DNA from: Chlorokybus atmophyticus
Lineage: Eukaryota; Plantae; Mesostigma and Chlorokybus algae
Length of the DNA stretch: 64,000 nt
Assembly (NCBI GenBank): GCA_009103225.1
Contig: RHPI01003330.1
Coordinates: 672,366 to 736,365, forward strand
Direction: 5' to 3'
Shown: piece after piece, positions 15,978 to 28,343 of the stretch
How positions within the stretch are numbered: position 1 is the first letter of the stretch
Layout: each line of letters starts with the position of its first letter
Program-made: the position numbers and the translations under genes
The notes under the pieces: model-generated
The model's input: the letters and a program-made list of their open reading frames with translations, nothing else
What the model was told of the DNA's origin: nothing
The model's database searches: none

Positions 15978-18272
15978 ATGGAACCAAATGGTAAGTCCCC
16001 ACACTTCGACGACTAAAATGCTCACTGCACAGGGTTGCTGGCGTGCATTCCACTCTGTGAGGAACGTGCGAGTACCTAGTATTTGCAACGCGTCACAATG
16101 CTGCAGTGAACGTGTGTGGGATGCTTCGCCTTGTTCTTTTCATTAAAGTGTGACGGAACCCTCTCTGTCTGCAGGCTCGGACCAGCTGGATCGGTGCTTG
16201 GAAGTGGCTGTGGCCGCAGCGCAGCAAGCTGGAGAGGTTGCATGCTGTGCATGTTGTGCATGCTTGTGAACGTTTATTAGCACTTGTGTAACTGGCATTA
16301 CAAGTGCTACCGTAACCCATCTTTGCAAGCACATGCGCAATACAATAATGTGATTGTTCGGTATCACTGATGCATTGCATCAGTACTATCACACATCTCA
16401 CGCTACTACATGTTCGTGCATCGAATGTTTTGTTTTGGCTGAGTTTCGTGCTTGGTTGTCTCGACAGGTCATTGCCAAGGCGTTCAATGCAGCGAAAAGA
16501 GTGGAAGAAAAGGCCTCCAACGTACTGACTTGATAGCTACATTCTTGGAAGCACACTACACATATATTGGTAGTCATAACCAACACTGAGACTCTCCATA
16601 GGTGGACCTGGTGACAGAGACGGACCAGCAATGTGAGACGCTCGTGCGCAAGACTCTCAGCGACGCCTTCCCAGACTTCGAGGTGAACAGAACTGTGCTG
16701 AACTGAACTGGACTGAACTGAATCAGACTGTTCCCTGTGCCTTTTCCCGGTTCCTGAATTCGCATCACATGAAAGCTGTACCAGTTTTTAAACATTTCAA
16801 ATTCCTAATATATATAAAGGTTGCATTGATGGTGGTTGCATGCTCATGGCAACGTTGTGTGTCATGTGCGTAGTTCATTGGGGAAGAGGAGTCGTCTAAA
16901 GGGGGGTTCACCTTGACTGATAAACCCACATGGATGGTGGATCCCCTGGACGGCACGACTAACTTTGTTCACAGGTGGGGACAGAAACATGTGCACACAT
17001 ATCCGCGCGAAAGTTCTGAAAGGTAGTCGCTGTAAATAAACGCAGTCTGAGTTGAGCGTCCTGCAGGTTTCCGTTTGTCTGCGTGTCTATTGGCCTGGCC
17101 ATCAGCAAGAAGGCGGTGGTTGGTGTTGTCTACAATCCCATAATGAACGAGGTACCTCCTGGTACCCCGCAAGCTTGATGACTTGAGTCGTGAGGGTCAC
17201 ACGTGTCAGAGAAACAACTTGGCCTTTTGCGCAGCTGTTTACCGCTGTCAGAGGCAAGGGAGCTTTCCTGAATGGGCAGCCTATCAAAGGTAGGTGTCAT
17301 GAAGACGCTGTTATTTGTGCCCATTGTGAGTCAACTTCTGTATTTGGCTACAAATGGAAAGCCTGGCTGAGTGACGATTAGTATAGTAAACAGAGGTTCG
17401 ATGCGCAGTTTCGGCACAAACAGAGTTGGGCAGAGCACTGGTGGCCACTGAGGTGGGAGTAGTAAAGCTTTAATGTTGATGATGCATCTATTTTCACGCA
17501 CTAGTGCGAGTAACTTAGAAACACCTCTGATGCAGATTGGCATCGTGCGCGATGAAGCAGCGATCACCGCAACCACCAACAGGATCAAGGCGTTGATGCT
17601 GAATGTAAGGGCCTGAGTGGTGGTCTCATGCATGCTGTTGTGTTAATTGCTGCATCAGTCACCTTACATCCTGGCCAATACCTTGCAGGCGCGCTCGATC
17701 AGGTGCGCCGGTTCTTGCGCGCTCAACCTCTCTGGCATTGCGTGCGGGAGGCTTGATGCGTACTACGAGTTTGGCATTGGAGGGCCTTGGTAAGGAGGAT
17801 ATTTATTGCAGCCATAGCATGCAACCCCCAAAGCGCGCTACAAACATGCATGCGCGCGTTGAAGCGCTCACACATGCACTCATGCATGCTCATACGCGCA
17901 CGCATGGGCACACATACACATGGCAACCACCAGCATGTACGTGCAACGGACATTTCACTGGGCTTGGTGTTGCAATAACACAATTGGCAATCTCTTGTAA
18001 ACTGCAAAGATGCTCTGCTGCAGGGATGCAGCTGCGGGCGCAGTCATACTGACGGAGGCGGGCGGTGATGTCATTGACCCGTAAGTTGTGAGAACCTTTC
18101 AATCGATTCAGACCTTTCACATGGAAAGGCATGCCCATAGACTAACTCGACTCTCTTGTGCAGTGCAACCGGTGGCAAGTTTGACTTGCTTGCCAGGCGG
18201 GTGTTGGGAAGCAATGGGCAGCTGTCGCAGCAGCTTTACAGCGCACTACAATCTGCCGAGCTGAAGCAGTAG
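15978..18272 (+). CDS. Inositol monophosphatase (IMPase/VTC4-like), ~11 exons; possible upstream in-frame starts at 15714/15744
   Basis: [84 protein letters not shown] are IMPase signature motifs. Confidence 0.93.
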
Positions 18273-18386
18273 TGACCATTAAAAATCTAGTGCATTTAGT
18301 GCGTTTCAGTCATCGTTGATTTGCAGCGACGGTTGCCATTCTTTACCTCATCAACATTTTTATGTTGAGCTGCCTCCTTGGCAGTC

Positions 18387-21066
18387 TCATCGCATGCTGT
18401 CATGGTTGCCAGCCACACTGCAGAGCACAGCAGAAGGAGGTATATGTCAGTAGAACCAACTGCATAACCTGGCACACAATCATGAAATACATGCATTCAA
18501 CACATGTGGGCGTTGCCGTTTGTTTGGGTACTGTTGTGGCTTTCAAGTGACGGCACCTGAACAAGATGTAGTTGTCGGATGGCAGGAGCAACAATGCGTA
18601 GTCGTTTTCTCCAGTAAAGGCGAAGCCATGCTCAGCTCGGTGCCAGGAGACCTGTATGCATGCACGATGCTAAGGCGTTGCCACAGTGACAACATGTTTG
18701 CATCAAGGGGCAAACCACACGCACAGGTGAGTCCGCAAAGCCCCACACGCTCACGACCGCCCACGGAAGCTGTTTGGAGGCCACAGTGCTCCTTGCAAAA
18801 TCTATGGCTGCCAGCACCTGCAAGTGGATGTTGTTTGCTTTTGTGTTGGTGGCACAGTAAATGTGGACAACACCAACAACTATGTGCAGCTACCTGTGCA
18901 GGGGCCAGCATGCCCGTCCATCGTGCAGCTACAGTGCTGCTCGCACTTGTGTCATCAGAATGTGGTGCTGTGTTGGGCACACTTGCGTCAACTTGTGTTG
19001 ACGACCATGGCCATGCCTTAGTGTTATCCCGTTCCCATCCGCGCAGCATTGGCAACGAAGGCAGCGGGGATGCAGGCGTTTGTGACACAACAGACACCTG
19101 TCTGTAAGGCAATGTTCAAACACAAGCATGAGGCGTTTGACCAAGAATCATATTATGAGATGAAGACAACGTACCCTACTATGCCGGATGACACTGCTCC
19201 AATCCAGTCCAGTGCGGCGGATAAACATTCAGGTGCCAGTAATGATGATGCTCGCGTGTTGCCGCGTGACAAGTGTATGTGTGCGTCTGGCTGACATGTG
19301 GGTGATGATGGCTGCTGCTGTCTACCCAAGCCGAGGTGTATGCTGTCCGCTCTCAGGGGCGGTGGAGGCACGCTGTCCAGTCTTCTGATAAGCATTGATA
19401 CTGGCTGTATTGAGTGAGGGACGCCAGGTGGCCATGCGATGTTTGTTGGTTTGCCATCTGTTTGAGCGTACACACAGGCATTTTAAGTCCCACACATTCG
19501 TTGCTCGCTAACAGCAGCATGCATGCAGTGCAGTTCAGTCTGCTAAGTCTTCGAACCATCACCTTCAGTGTACACGCACCGCAAGGACAAAGGTGTGTTC
19601 ATGCGCGCGTCCAGTCGGCTCTGTACCTGCATGTTGTGAAGGCATGGTGTCAAGCCAGTGTCAAGGAAAGGCACTGCATGCACATGTACCTAGCAATCAG
19701 GATGGCATACCCGATCATAGTATTGGTACCCAGGGGCAAAGGTTTTGTGCGCCAAGTCTACTGAAATATCTGTCACAAAAAGTTGTCAAGGCAGCAAGTT
19801 GCCCGAGAAGTGTGTAGTAACAAGCACACAAGTCAAGAGCACGCGCACTGACATGCACACGCAGAACTTACTGTATCGCTGTCGCTCACAATGCAAAGAC
19901 GCGGTGCCTGCACCAAAGACCGGTATATTTGCCGCCCTGTCTATTTCATGCTGCATAGGGGCACTGCAAGAAACGATGACGCCTGATATGATACTGCTTA
20001 AACACCTCTTGTGCAACTCACCCACTAGCCCCAGCGATTCATACGTCTCTTTAGTCGCTGCTATGTGCATGTGACCTATCAACATTGCATGCGCAAATGC
20101 CAACTTGTTTTGGAAAACATTTCAAGATAGCGCAGCAACGTTACTTGTTACAGCAACGCACCTTACCATTCGCAATTGCGACAGCATCCGTGCGGTCTAT
20201 CGGTGTCGAGGTAGACAACGCATACAACTGACCTGTGTACAAGAATGTAAGAGGCATCAAGCGTGAGAAGGTGTTATTGAATCGACACCATGACATGATG
20301 CGTGCAGTGCATTGACATTGCATTGAAAAATCGTACCACTGGCCTTGATGTGTCTGTGCAAGAAACCAATGTCCAAAATTTCTGTTAATGGCGCGCGTGC
20401 AATGCTGAAGTGCAAGTCCTTTACACCGAACACTGCCTCTGTCGTTGGCAATTCAGCTGCCTGTTGAAATCCGCTGTCAACGTGAGCCACAGCAAGCATG
20501 TGTGCCATGCATGCAACTCTACAGCCTCCAACGAAATGCAACTGGCAGCTCGCAATGCACTCCAACATAGGCGCTCCACCGAGCCACTTGAGCTTCTGCA
20601 CAACTACCAGCTACAGCGAACCAACAAGTGAGGCCAAGTATGGTACAACCACATCAACAACACAGAACTGCGCGTGTGCCATGCATGCAATCTCACAGCC
20701 TTCAACACACATTTGCACTTGCTCGCAGAGCACTTCAACACCGGTGATCCAACGAGCCACTTGAACTACTGCACGACAACCAGCAACAGTGAACCAACAA
20801 GTGAGGTTTCCAAGTATGCAACAATCACAGCGACAACACACAACTGCGCGCACCCACTGACACACCACGACATGCATGTTCCATGCCTGCGGCGTGCCGT
20901 CAAGCACAGGCAGTATCAGCTCCAAGGCGTGGTTGAAGGGGTGACCGCAGACAAGCTCGCCCAGCTTGGAGTTGGGGTGGTCGAATGCGCTAGCGCGCGC
21001 CACCACCTTGGGCGCCGGTAGCACGGGAGGGCGCACGACTTTGCGCCGGCGCTTGGCATTCTTCAT
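18387..21066 (-). CDS. RPP40: Ribonuclease P/MRP protein subunit p40 homolog, multi-exon
   Basis: Exons give GQLYALSTSTPIDRTDAVAIANGHMHIAATKETYESLGLVG, ISVDLAHKTFAPGYQYYDR and LPWAVVSVWGFADSP|VSWHRAEHGFAFTGENDYALLLL, matching remembered human RPP40 blocks (YALTYNTHIDEDNTVA..KDTYEETGL; WVTLSVQGFADSPVSW..EHGF..GGE..Y). First-intron donor uncertain. Confidence 0.85.
20505..20855. repeat. Imperfect ~174-bp tandem duplication inside the first intron of RPP40
   Basis: Two copies of gccatgcatgcaa...gagccacttga.c..ctgcac.ac.accagc.acag.gaaccaacaagtgagg..caagtatg...aactgcgcg. Confidence 0.8.
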
Positions 21067-21579
21067 CTCTTCACCACCGCAATTCACCAACCAGCAGTAG
21101 CATCAGCTGAAGCTAAGAGGGTGGTGTAGCTTCAGCAGAGGCTAGGCCAAGCCACTGCTGCAGCTACTATTGTTACTTGAAGCTCTTAAAGCTCTCGCTC
21201 CGAGCCAGCTGTTGCTAAGACGCTTCTTGTCAGAAAGCCGAGCCCATATCATTTCGCTCAACTAGCGTCCATCAAGCCTGCTGCCCAAGTACTGACTGGA
21301 CCGCTACGGCGGCCGCCGCCGCCGCCGCCACCGCCACTGTCATGCATGCGCCGCTAGCGAGCAACGCACCAGCTGCAGCAATTCTGCAAGCATGCGCAAT
21401 CGAGTTCAGCGGATCCGGACGGTCAGGAGCCAGGTCGACTATGGATATAGCTTGTACGAACTGCGGATATCGGTGATGTTAAAGAGGATATAGCAATATC
21501 TCCAAGCTGGCACAAAGTGTGCATAAAACTTAGAATCTCTGGCTGGAAGATTCAGCAGCAGTCTGAGCCTAGCTGTGGG

Positions 21580-24500
21580 ATGCTGGCGGCGGCGGGCAGG
21601 GCGGCGGGGCGGCGGGCGGGCGGGGCGGCTGTGGGGGCAGCGTCTGCAGCGTTCGCAGGGGTAGCTTACCGTGAGGGTTGGCGCCGCTGGTCTGTTACTT
21701 CTGTTGGGACGACTGCGGCTGTTGCGCTGCTCGCCGGGTGCGGAGGGGTCGCCGCTGCGCAGGTATCAAGCAGCTTGCTTGTTGAGGGCGAAGTGCGCAG
21801 ACAGTGTGCTGCACTGCGGTTGCATTCACTTGCCTGCTTCGACGGCTGTTTAGTACATCACCGTATAATATCACCCTATAACCCCGTCAGCAACACAGCT
21901 GCATGTGCTCCGTTTTTTCTTCTGCAAATCATTACATGAACTGTGTACACATCCTAAACCTTACTTCTTGTAATGTTTTGAGTGGATTTGCTCTAGCCCA
22001 GTAGCGTTAGGTGGTTGTTCCCTAGAGATAAGGTGGACAGATGGCATGCGCGGTTGTGTTGCATGCCAGTGGTTGTGAGCTGCTTGCTGCTCTGTTGCTG
22101 GTTGCGTGCTGCACGCTTGACGTAACACTCTAGGCGCATATGAAAGTTGTGCTTGTACCATCTATCCTCACAAACCACATGCATTCAGCATTCCCATGAA
22201 TTATACAGTTATAGGACATTGGCATATGCTCGTTATGTTTGGTTGCTAGGGCTTGGCTTGCATGCTGGCAAGGCCAGTTGAGCATTGCGGTTGGTCTCAG
22301 GCTGTCACAGTGGTGGATGAGCCAAAGTTTGTGGTACAAGTTTCTGTTCCTGATTGGGCATGGGAGCGGACGCAAGGGTTGTCCAGAAGTGTGCGCGCAG
22401 TCCATGCATTCGCCTTCTGCACGCAAGATTATAAGCTGACCCTGCGAGGAGTTGACAAGGACTCGTCAGAATATCGCACTCTGCGGTCTCAGTGCCACCA
22501 GCGGTATGTTACTCCTTGTGAAGCAATGCATCAGCACTGAGTATGTGCTGAATTTCCAATGCTGCGCACATTTGAGCTTCCATTTGTGGAGTGTCGGGTC
22601 TGTGCGCAGTCTCCATAACTTTCAATTAGGTGTGCAGATCGCCTGCTGGGGTTGTGCCAGGCCAATGGAGGCATCTATGTCAAGGCAGGGCAATTTCTGG
22701 CGTCCATATCAGGAATGCCGAATGAATATGTCAAGACATTGTCTGTCTTGCAAGATAAGGTACAGGTTGATAAGGGAGTCGTCCCTGTTTTTTAAGTTGT
22801 TTAAGATTTCTAAGTACAACTTCCCCACACAATGTGCACCTGTCTAAGAAGTATGTGGCCTTGCCCGTGGTTTTCAGGCTCCGTTCAGACCTTTTGAAGA
22901 GATGGATACTGTCTTTAGGAAAGAATTCAACTGTAGTGCAGTAGATATGTATGCAGAGTTTGATCGAGTTCCCATTGCTGCTGCGAGCTTAGCCCAGGTG
23001 CATCGAGCGAAAACCTTTTCTGGTAGGCTTGCCTGTTTCTGCAGTGTTGCATGTGCGTGTGCGGTTTCTGAGGTGGTGCTTGCGTGACATATGTCTCGCA
23101 GGTGATGAGGTGGCTGTCAAGATACAGTACCCACGTATGGACATCAAGTTCAACCTAGATGTCGGCACCATGAGCAAGCTCGCACACGCCGTCGAGTGGC
23201 TATTCCCTTTGTACCGGTGTGCGTGGATTGTGCCGGAGTTTGAGAGCTTTCTCAACCGGGAGTTGAACTTTGTTGAAGAAGGCCGCAACGCCGAGAAGGT
23301 GGCAGCAAACTTCAAAGACAGGCCTGAAGTCCAGGTGCCACGCATCCATTGGCCCCTCACCACGTCCACGGTGCTCACCATGCAGTACATGGAGGGCATC
23401 AAGATCACGGATAGGGAAACCATTGAGAAATATGGTATCGATAAGGAGAAGGTGGTTGATCCTCACGTTTGTACTACTGTTTGAGACATGTGCAGTTGCT
23501 GGGTGATTTTCTTGGTGTTGCAATGGTAACTGTGCTTGTGCTTGCAGGCCTGCAAGCTGCTCGCAACGGTGTTTGCTGAGATGGTGTATTGCCATGCATT
23601 TGTCCATGGAGACCCTCATGTAAGTTTGTGTTTATACAGCGGTAGGGTAGTTGTTCACTACTGCTGCTTGTATGCACGTATGCTTACAGTCTTTGCTGTG
23701 ACAGCCTGGAAACATTCTGGTGCGCAAGTCTTCAAACAATGCCCACGGCATGGAAATTGGTAAGTGTGGCATCAACGTCCGTTCAAGCTTGGGCATAAAA
23801 CGCACTGCAACTCGAAGCGATGCCAAGCGTTGCCGCTTAATCGCCTTGTCACAGTGCTACTAGACCATGGATTATACTTCACGCTTTCAAACGAGTTCCG
23901 AAGAATGTACTGCCAACTGTGGAAGTCAATCATATTGCGGGACCAGGCCACATTGAGTAAATTGAGCCGAGGTATGGGAGTCAAGCCCGAGTACGAGAAG
24001 TTTCTTCCCTTGATCTTTACCGCAAGAATGCAGGACAGGTACAGGTTTGCACGAACATAATCAGTAACTTTGTGGTGTTGATAGTACTCTTCACCGCTTG
24101 CGTGATTAATCAACACATTGCACTGCAGCAAAGCTGCTTTGGGCCAGAGCATGTCGAAAGAAGAACGCGATCGTTTGAGAGAGGAGACAAAGGACTTCAC
24201 TCTGGCAGACATGAGTGTTTTTGTAGAGCAGCTCCCCCGTGAACTCCTTCAGGTCATTCGCACCAAGTAAGTTGTGCTAGTGACACCTACCCAAGCTTGG
24301 GTGTGCAAGAAACGCTGTTCGGTAGTCATGTAGCTTCGACTGCACAGCCACAATCAATCCAACTACTAACATGTGTTTGTGTGCAGTGGTCTGTTGAGGT
24401 CAATCAACCGCCAGCTGGGCGTCAGCGACCGCCATCGACTCTTTGTTAATGCACACTACGCAGTCAAAGGCTTTGCATACGCCAAGTACAACTGCGTGGA

Positions 24501-24751
24501 CACATACCTTCCTCCGACTGCGCGGGCGGCTGTTTGGGCGCAGCAGCAGTACTTGTCTTTGAGACTACGTAAGTTTGCAGCTGATGATTGCCCGCGTTGT
24601 CAATACGGGAGATGCCTCACTAACACAAGTTGTATTTCCAGACGTGATGGAGCTTGCACTGAAGGTGTATGCGATGTCTTCGGCAGCCAGCGAGTGGATG
24701 TCTAGTCTAGTCCATTATTGGTTTCACAGTCGGACGCTTCCCAGCTCTTGA
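21580..24751 (+). CDS. ABC1/UbiB atypical kinase, ADCK1/ADCK5-like, multi-exon, N-terminal targeting-like peptide
   Basis: NGGIYVKAGQ, LSVLQDKAP, PIAAASLAQVHRA, VAVKIQYP, ELNFVEEGRN, LTMQYMEG, FVHGDPHPGNILV, VLLDHGLY. Confidence 0.93.
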
Positions 24752-26271
24752 TTGATTGTTGTTAGTTTAGGCGCCATGTTAGCATTGTACCATTGTCATT
24801 GTCTGCATGCAGTCGTATCATTGATGTTGTGAGATTGCCGCCGCCTGATGTTTTCCTAATGCATGCTGCACTGTAAAGCCAGCAGTGAAATGTATTTGCA
24901 GGTGCTAACGCGTCGCGTGGCTCCCTTACATGCTGTCCTGGTCGCACAGCCTCATGGACTTGCAACAATGTCCTGCTACTTGTGTTGAAGTTGCTGAGTG
25001 TAGCATGTCACATAGTATTTACGGTTCAAAACATGTAACAATAGAGCTGCTAGAAAGCGTGCTCAAGGGGCCAGATGTGTTGCACACCAATACAATCAAT
25101 GCATGCAAGCACATGCGCACAAGCACACGTGAGCAAACCCAAGCATGCACGCACTGCAGGTTCAATGAGACACAGCGTCAGTCACACACACGCAGCCTCA
25201 CCACGCATGCCCAAGCCAGGCGCGCTCAGCTAGTATGTGACCTACCTAACGCTCACCGTTCCCACAAGCACGTACAATAGCGCACTGAGCAGCTGCATGT
25301 GTTGCAAGTCACAAGCAACAGCAAGCAGGCGGTGATGGATTGGGTGGGGGCCGAGGCAGAGCTAATACGTAACCTAGACCTCCTGGACCTAGACACTAAG
25401 ACCCTCAAACACAAGCAGTGGGGCAGGGCAGTGCCGGGGCAGCAAGGATCAACCACCTGCAGAGAGCAGGGAGAGCGCAAAGGATAGGTGAGGCGGTGTT
25501 GGTGGTGGTGTTGGCATGCACGCCGACGATGGTGTTGACGACCACGACGACTGCGAGGCCCCCTGCGCTGGACTGCCGGCCGCCATCGCCCTTCACTTCG
25601 CTTCTTGTCTTACCGGCCGCAGCATGCGCTACCAGCTTAAGACCCGCGACGGAGCCGTTGGTGAAACGACTGCAGGGCAACAGAACGCGTGCAACTGCCG
25701 TAGCACTCAGGCAGCCTCAGGCAACCAGCAGCAGCCATGCACAACCACAACAGCCAGAACCACCACCAAGCACATCATAGCAGCATGTGACTTGTGACAT
25801 ACATATGACAACTGGAGATTGCTGGCTTTGCGTGTTGGTGTTGAATTGATTGTGGCTCGCTACGTGAAGGTCAACACATTCTGCTCCAGCTCAACTCAGT
25901 GATGGTTAGTGCAGATTATGTAGCGCATCCACACAGTCTGCACCTTCATCACTGCACACATGTTGCACTGTACTCTCTTGTGTACAAGAGATATGACATG
26001 TTGTGCATGCAAATGTTATCATCCTTGTTCACATGTAACGCATGCATGCACACAGCTGAACTAGTCGTTGGAAGATTGCACACCAAGTGCTCTTCCCGCA
26101 CATTCTATAGGACATGTTATAAAACATGTTATGAAACAGCATTCAGCTGCTGAAACATTATAGAACACCACCCACTCTATACATACTGAGGCCTGACTGC
26201 GATATATACAATACCAAACGTCAATGGAACAGGCGTCGCAGCACTCAGATTAATCCACCACCGGTTTGTTA

Positions 26272-27889
26272 CTACGACTTGGCTTTGGCCGCAACAAACA
26301 CTGAACCCTTGTCGCCTCTGCTGATGCGCAAGTCATCGTCCAAGTACGTCGTGTCGATCCATCTGCAAATAAAACCACACACATGAACAAGCACAGGCAA
26401 TGTGGTGCACAGGCGGTAGTGGTGGTAGAACCAGCGTGCATGCGCCGGGTAATAAAGCTTACCCCTTTGGACTGATCCAGTTGAGAGGTAGTGACAAGTT
26501 CAGCCATCCCAACTTGATGGAGAATGACAAAAATGTGACCAAGCATCTTATGGTGGGGTCTCCTGGTGCAACTTCAGCACTGCCGTTAATCGACAAAGTC
26601 CCTAACAACCAAACAATGTTCATGACAGTAACAATCAACGTGCTTTATAAACTACGTAAGCACCACGAAAGAGACTCGTACCTGGCTTGCCTCCAAAGGT
26701 GAACTCTGCAATGTTGGACACTTTGCCTGCATCTGCGTCTATCACCTGCGAAAGCAACATAAAGCACGCTAACAGCGGACTAGACCAGACTCCAATTGAC
26801 TCAATGCGCACCTGTGTAATGCTCCGCTCTTTCACTTCGGCCGGGCCTTTCGACAGTGCTCTGAACCGCGCAAGAAACGGACCCTCGAGTCGCCCCGCAA
26901 CATTCTCAGTCTCCGCTGCACACAACAGGCCAGCATACAAGGTTGATAAACCACAGCAAACCACAGCCTCCAGTACTTGCGCAGGGAAAAACAATATGGC
27001 ATCTTGCAGTGCACGGTGAGTTGTGCATGTGTACCTTTTGTGGGTGCAGTGTAAAGGAGTGACCACTTCCCGCCGAGCCGCGGGTCCTTAGCGGTGTCTC
27101 GCGTGGGGTTCTCGGCCTCAAGCTCCTGCGTTCAGCGTAGATGATGACCTCCAGCTGAACAGTGACAATGATACACAAACACATTGAGCTGCTTCCACTA
27201 CAGCATGCGTGTGACTCTTGTTGTGCTCAGTCTGTCTACTGTACTTGTTAAAATGATGACTCTTGTTCATCTGGTTTGTGCCCAGTGACGTAGAGTTGTC
27301 TTTTACAACAATTACGAAACTCACCTCAATGAGCCTCAGGATGGGTGCACGCTCTTCAGGTGGTAGGTTACTCTGCACACGCACATGAGCTCAGTTCCTA
27401 GACTTCTCAGCAAATAATACAAGAACCCCCAAAAAATCAAGAACAGCAACGGAGCCTCACCAAGCTCTGCAGTAACAGCAGATACTGCTGCTGTAAAATA
27501 ATGACTTGTTTGTAAGCGTGTACGCTTGAAGCAACATAATCCCACTGCGCACTAGTCTTGCTGTGCAAAGCAGCACAGCGTAGCAACAAGCCCCAAACCC
27601 CAGCAAAACGTACCCTTGCATGCATTCTTGCATGCATGCAAGCATGCAGTTACATATCCACACGTACCCCAGACCGCTTCGCACGAGCCACAGCCCGGAC
27701 CAGCGCCGCCTTCTTCTCCTGCACAGACGCTGAGGCGCGGCTGCTGCTGCTGGCTGCTGAACAGCGTACTAGTGTAGTTCGCGTGCGTAACTGTGATCGT
27801 CGTGTTACAGGTACTGCAACGGGAGCGCTGCTCCATGATGTTGACAAAGACGCCGCCGCCACCGCCGCGGACACCAAAGAGCTCGCCAT
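26272..27889 (-). CDS. Plastid lipid-associated protein (PAP/fibrillin family) with transit peptide
   Basis: Ser/Ala/Arg-rich N-terminus; LIE|[16 protein letters not shown]; C-terminal [24 protein letters not shown]. Ends TAG TAA. Confidence 0.9.
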
Positions 27890-28343
27890 GTGGCGGTTGC
27901 CTCTGCATGTAAGCAGCAGTGAAAGGGCACTGCACCAAGCACTGGATACCCGCAACCGGGCATCAACACGTCGCCAAGTCCCAAACAGAGCAAGTCCTAG
28001 ACCAGGGCACAACTTGTAGAAGCTGGTCCTGGAACCCAATGTCGGCGCTTAGCGTATGGATAAGGTTTAGGGTTGACGTCGACTGCGGCGGCGGTGGTGG
28101 TGTGGGCGGCGACGTGGGCGGTGGCAGCGGCGGATCAGCGTCAAGGTAGCGGTAGTACGGATTGAGGTCAATTGCAAAGCAGGGAACGATTGGCGTAGCG
28201 GGCGCTGGCTTGGGTGCCTGCGCGTGTAGAGGAGCGGCGGCTGCGACCGCTGAAGAGGTGGACAAGGACAAGGATAAGGAGTAGGAGGCGGAGGTGCCGG
28301 TGAGGTTGTTGTTTGCCAGGGAGCTGTGGTCGTCGTCTTGGGG

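Noticed and set aside
18543-19112. 189-aa Cys-rich ORF with an apparent frameshift
   Set aside because: Resolved as RPP40 exons and introns once the DSP|VSW splice is applied.
20257-21090. Apparent LRR/F-box-like pseudogene with stops
   Set aside because: Explained as RPP40 exon 1 plus an intron containing a tandem duplication.
24900-25800. Short ORFs (MDWVGAEAELIRNLDLL..., MRYQLKTRDG...)
   Set aside because: Fragmentary, with no motif or consistent splice chain.
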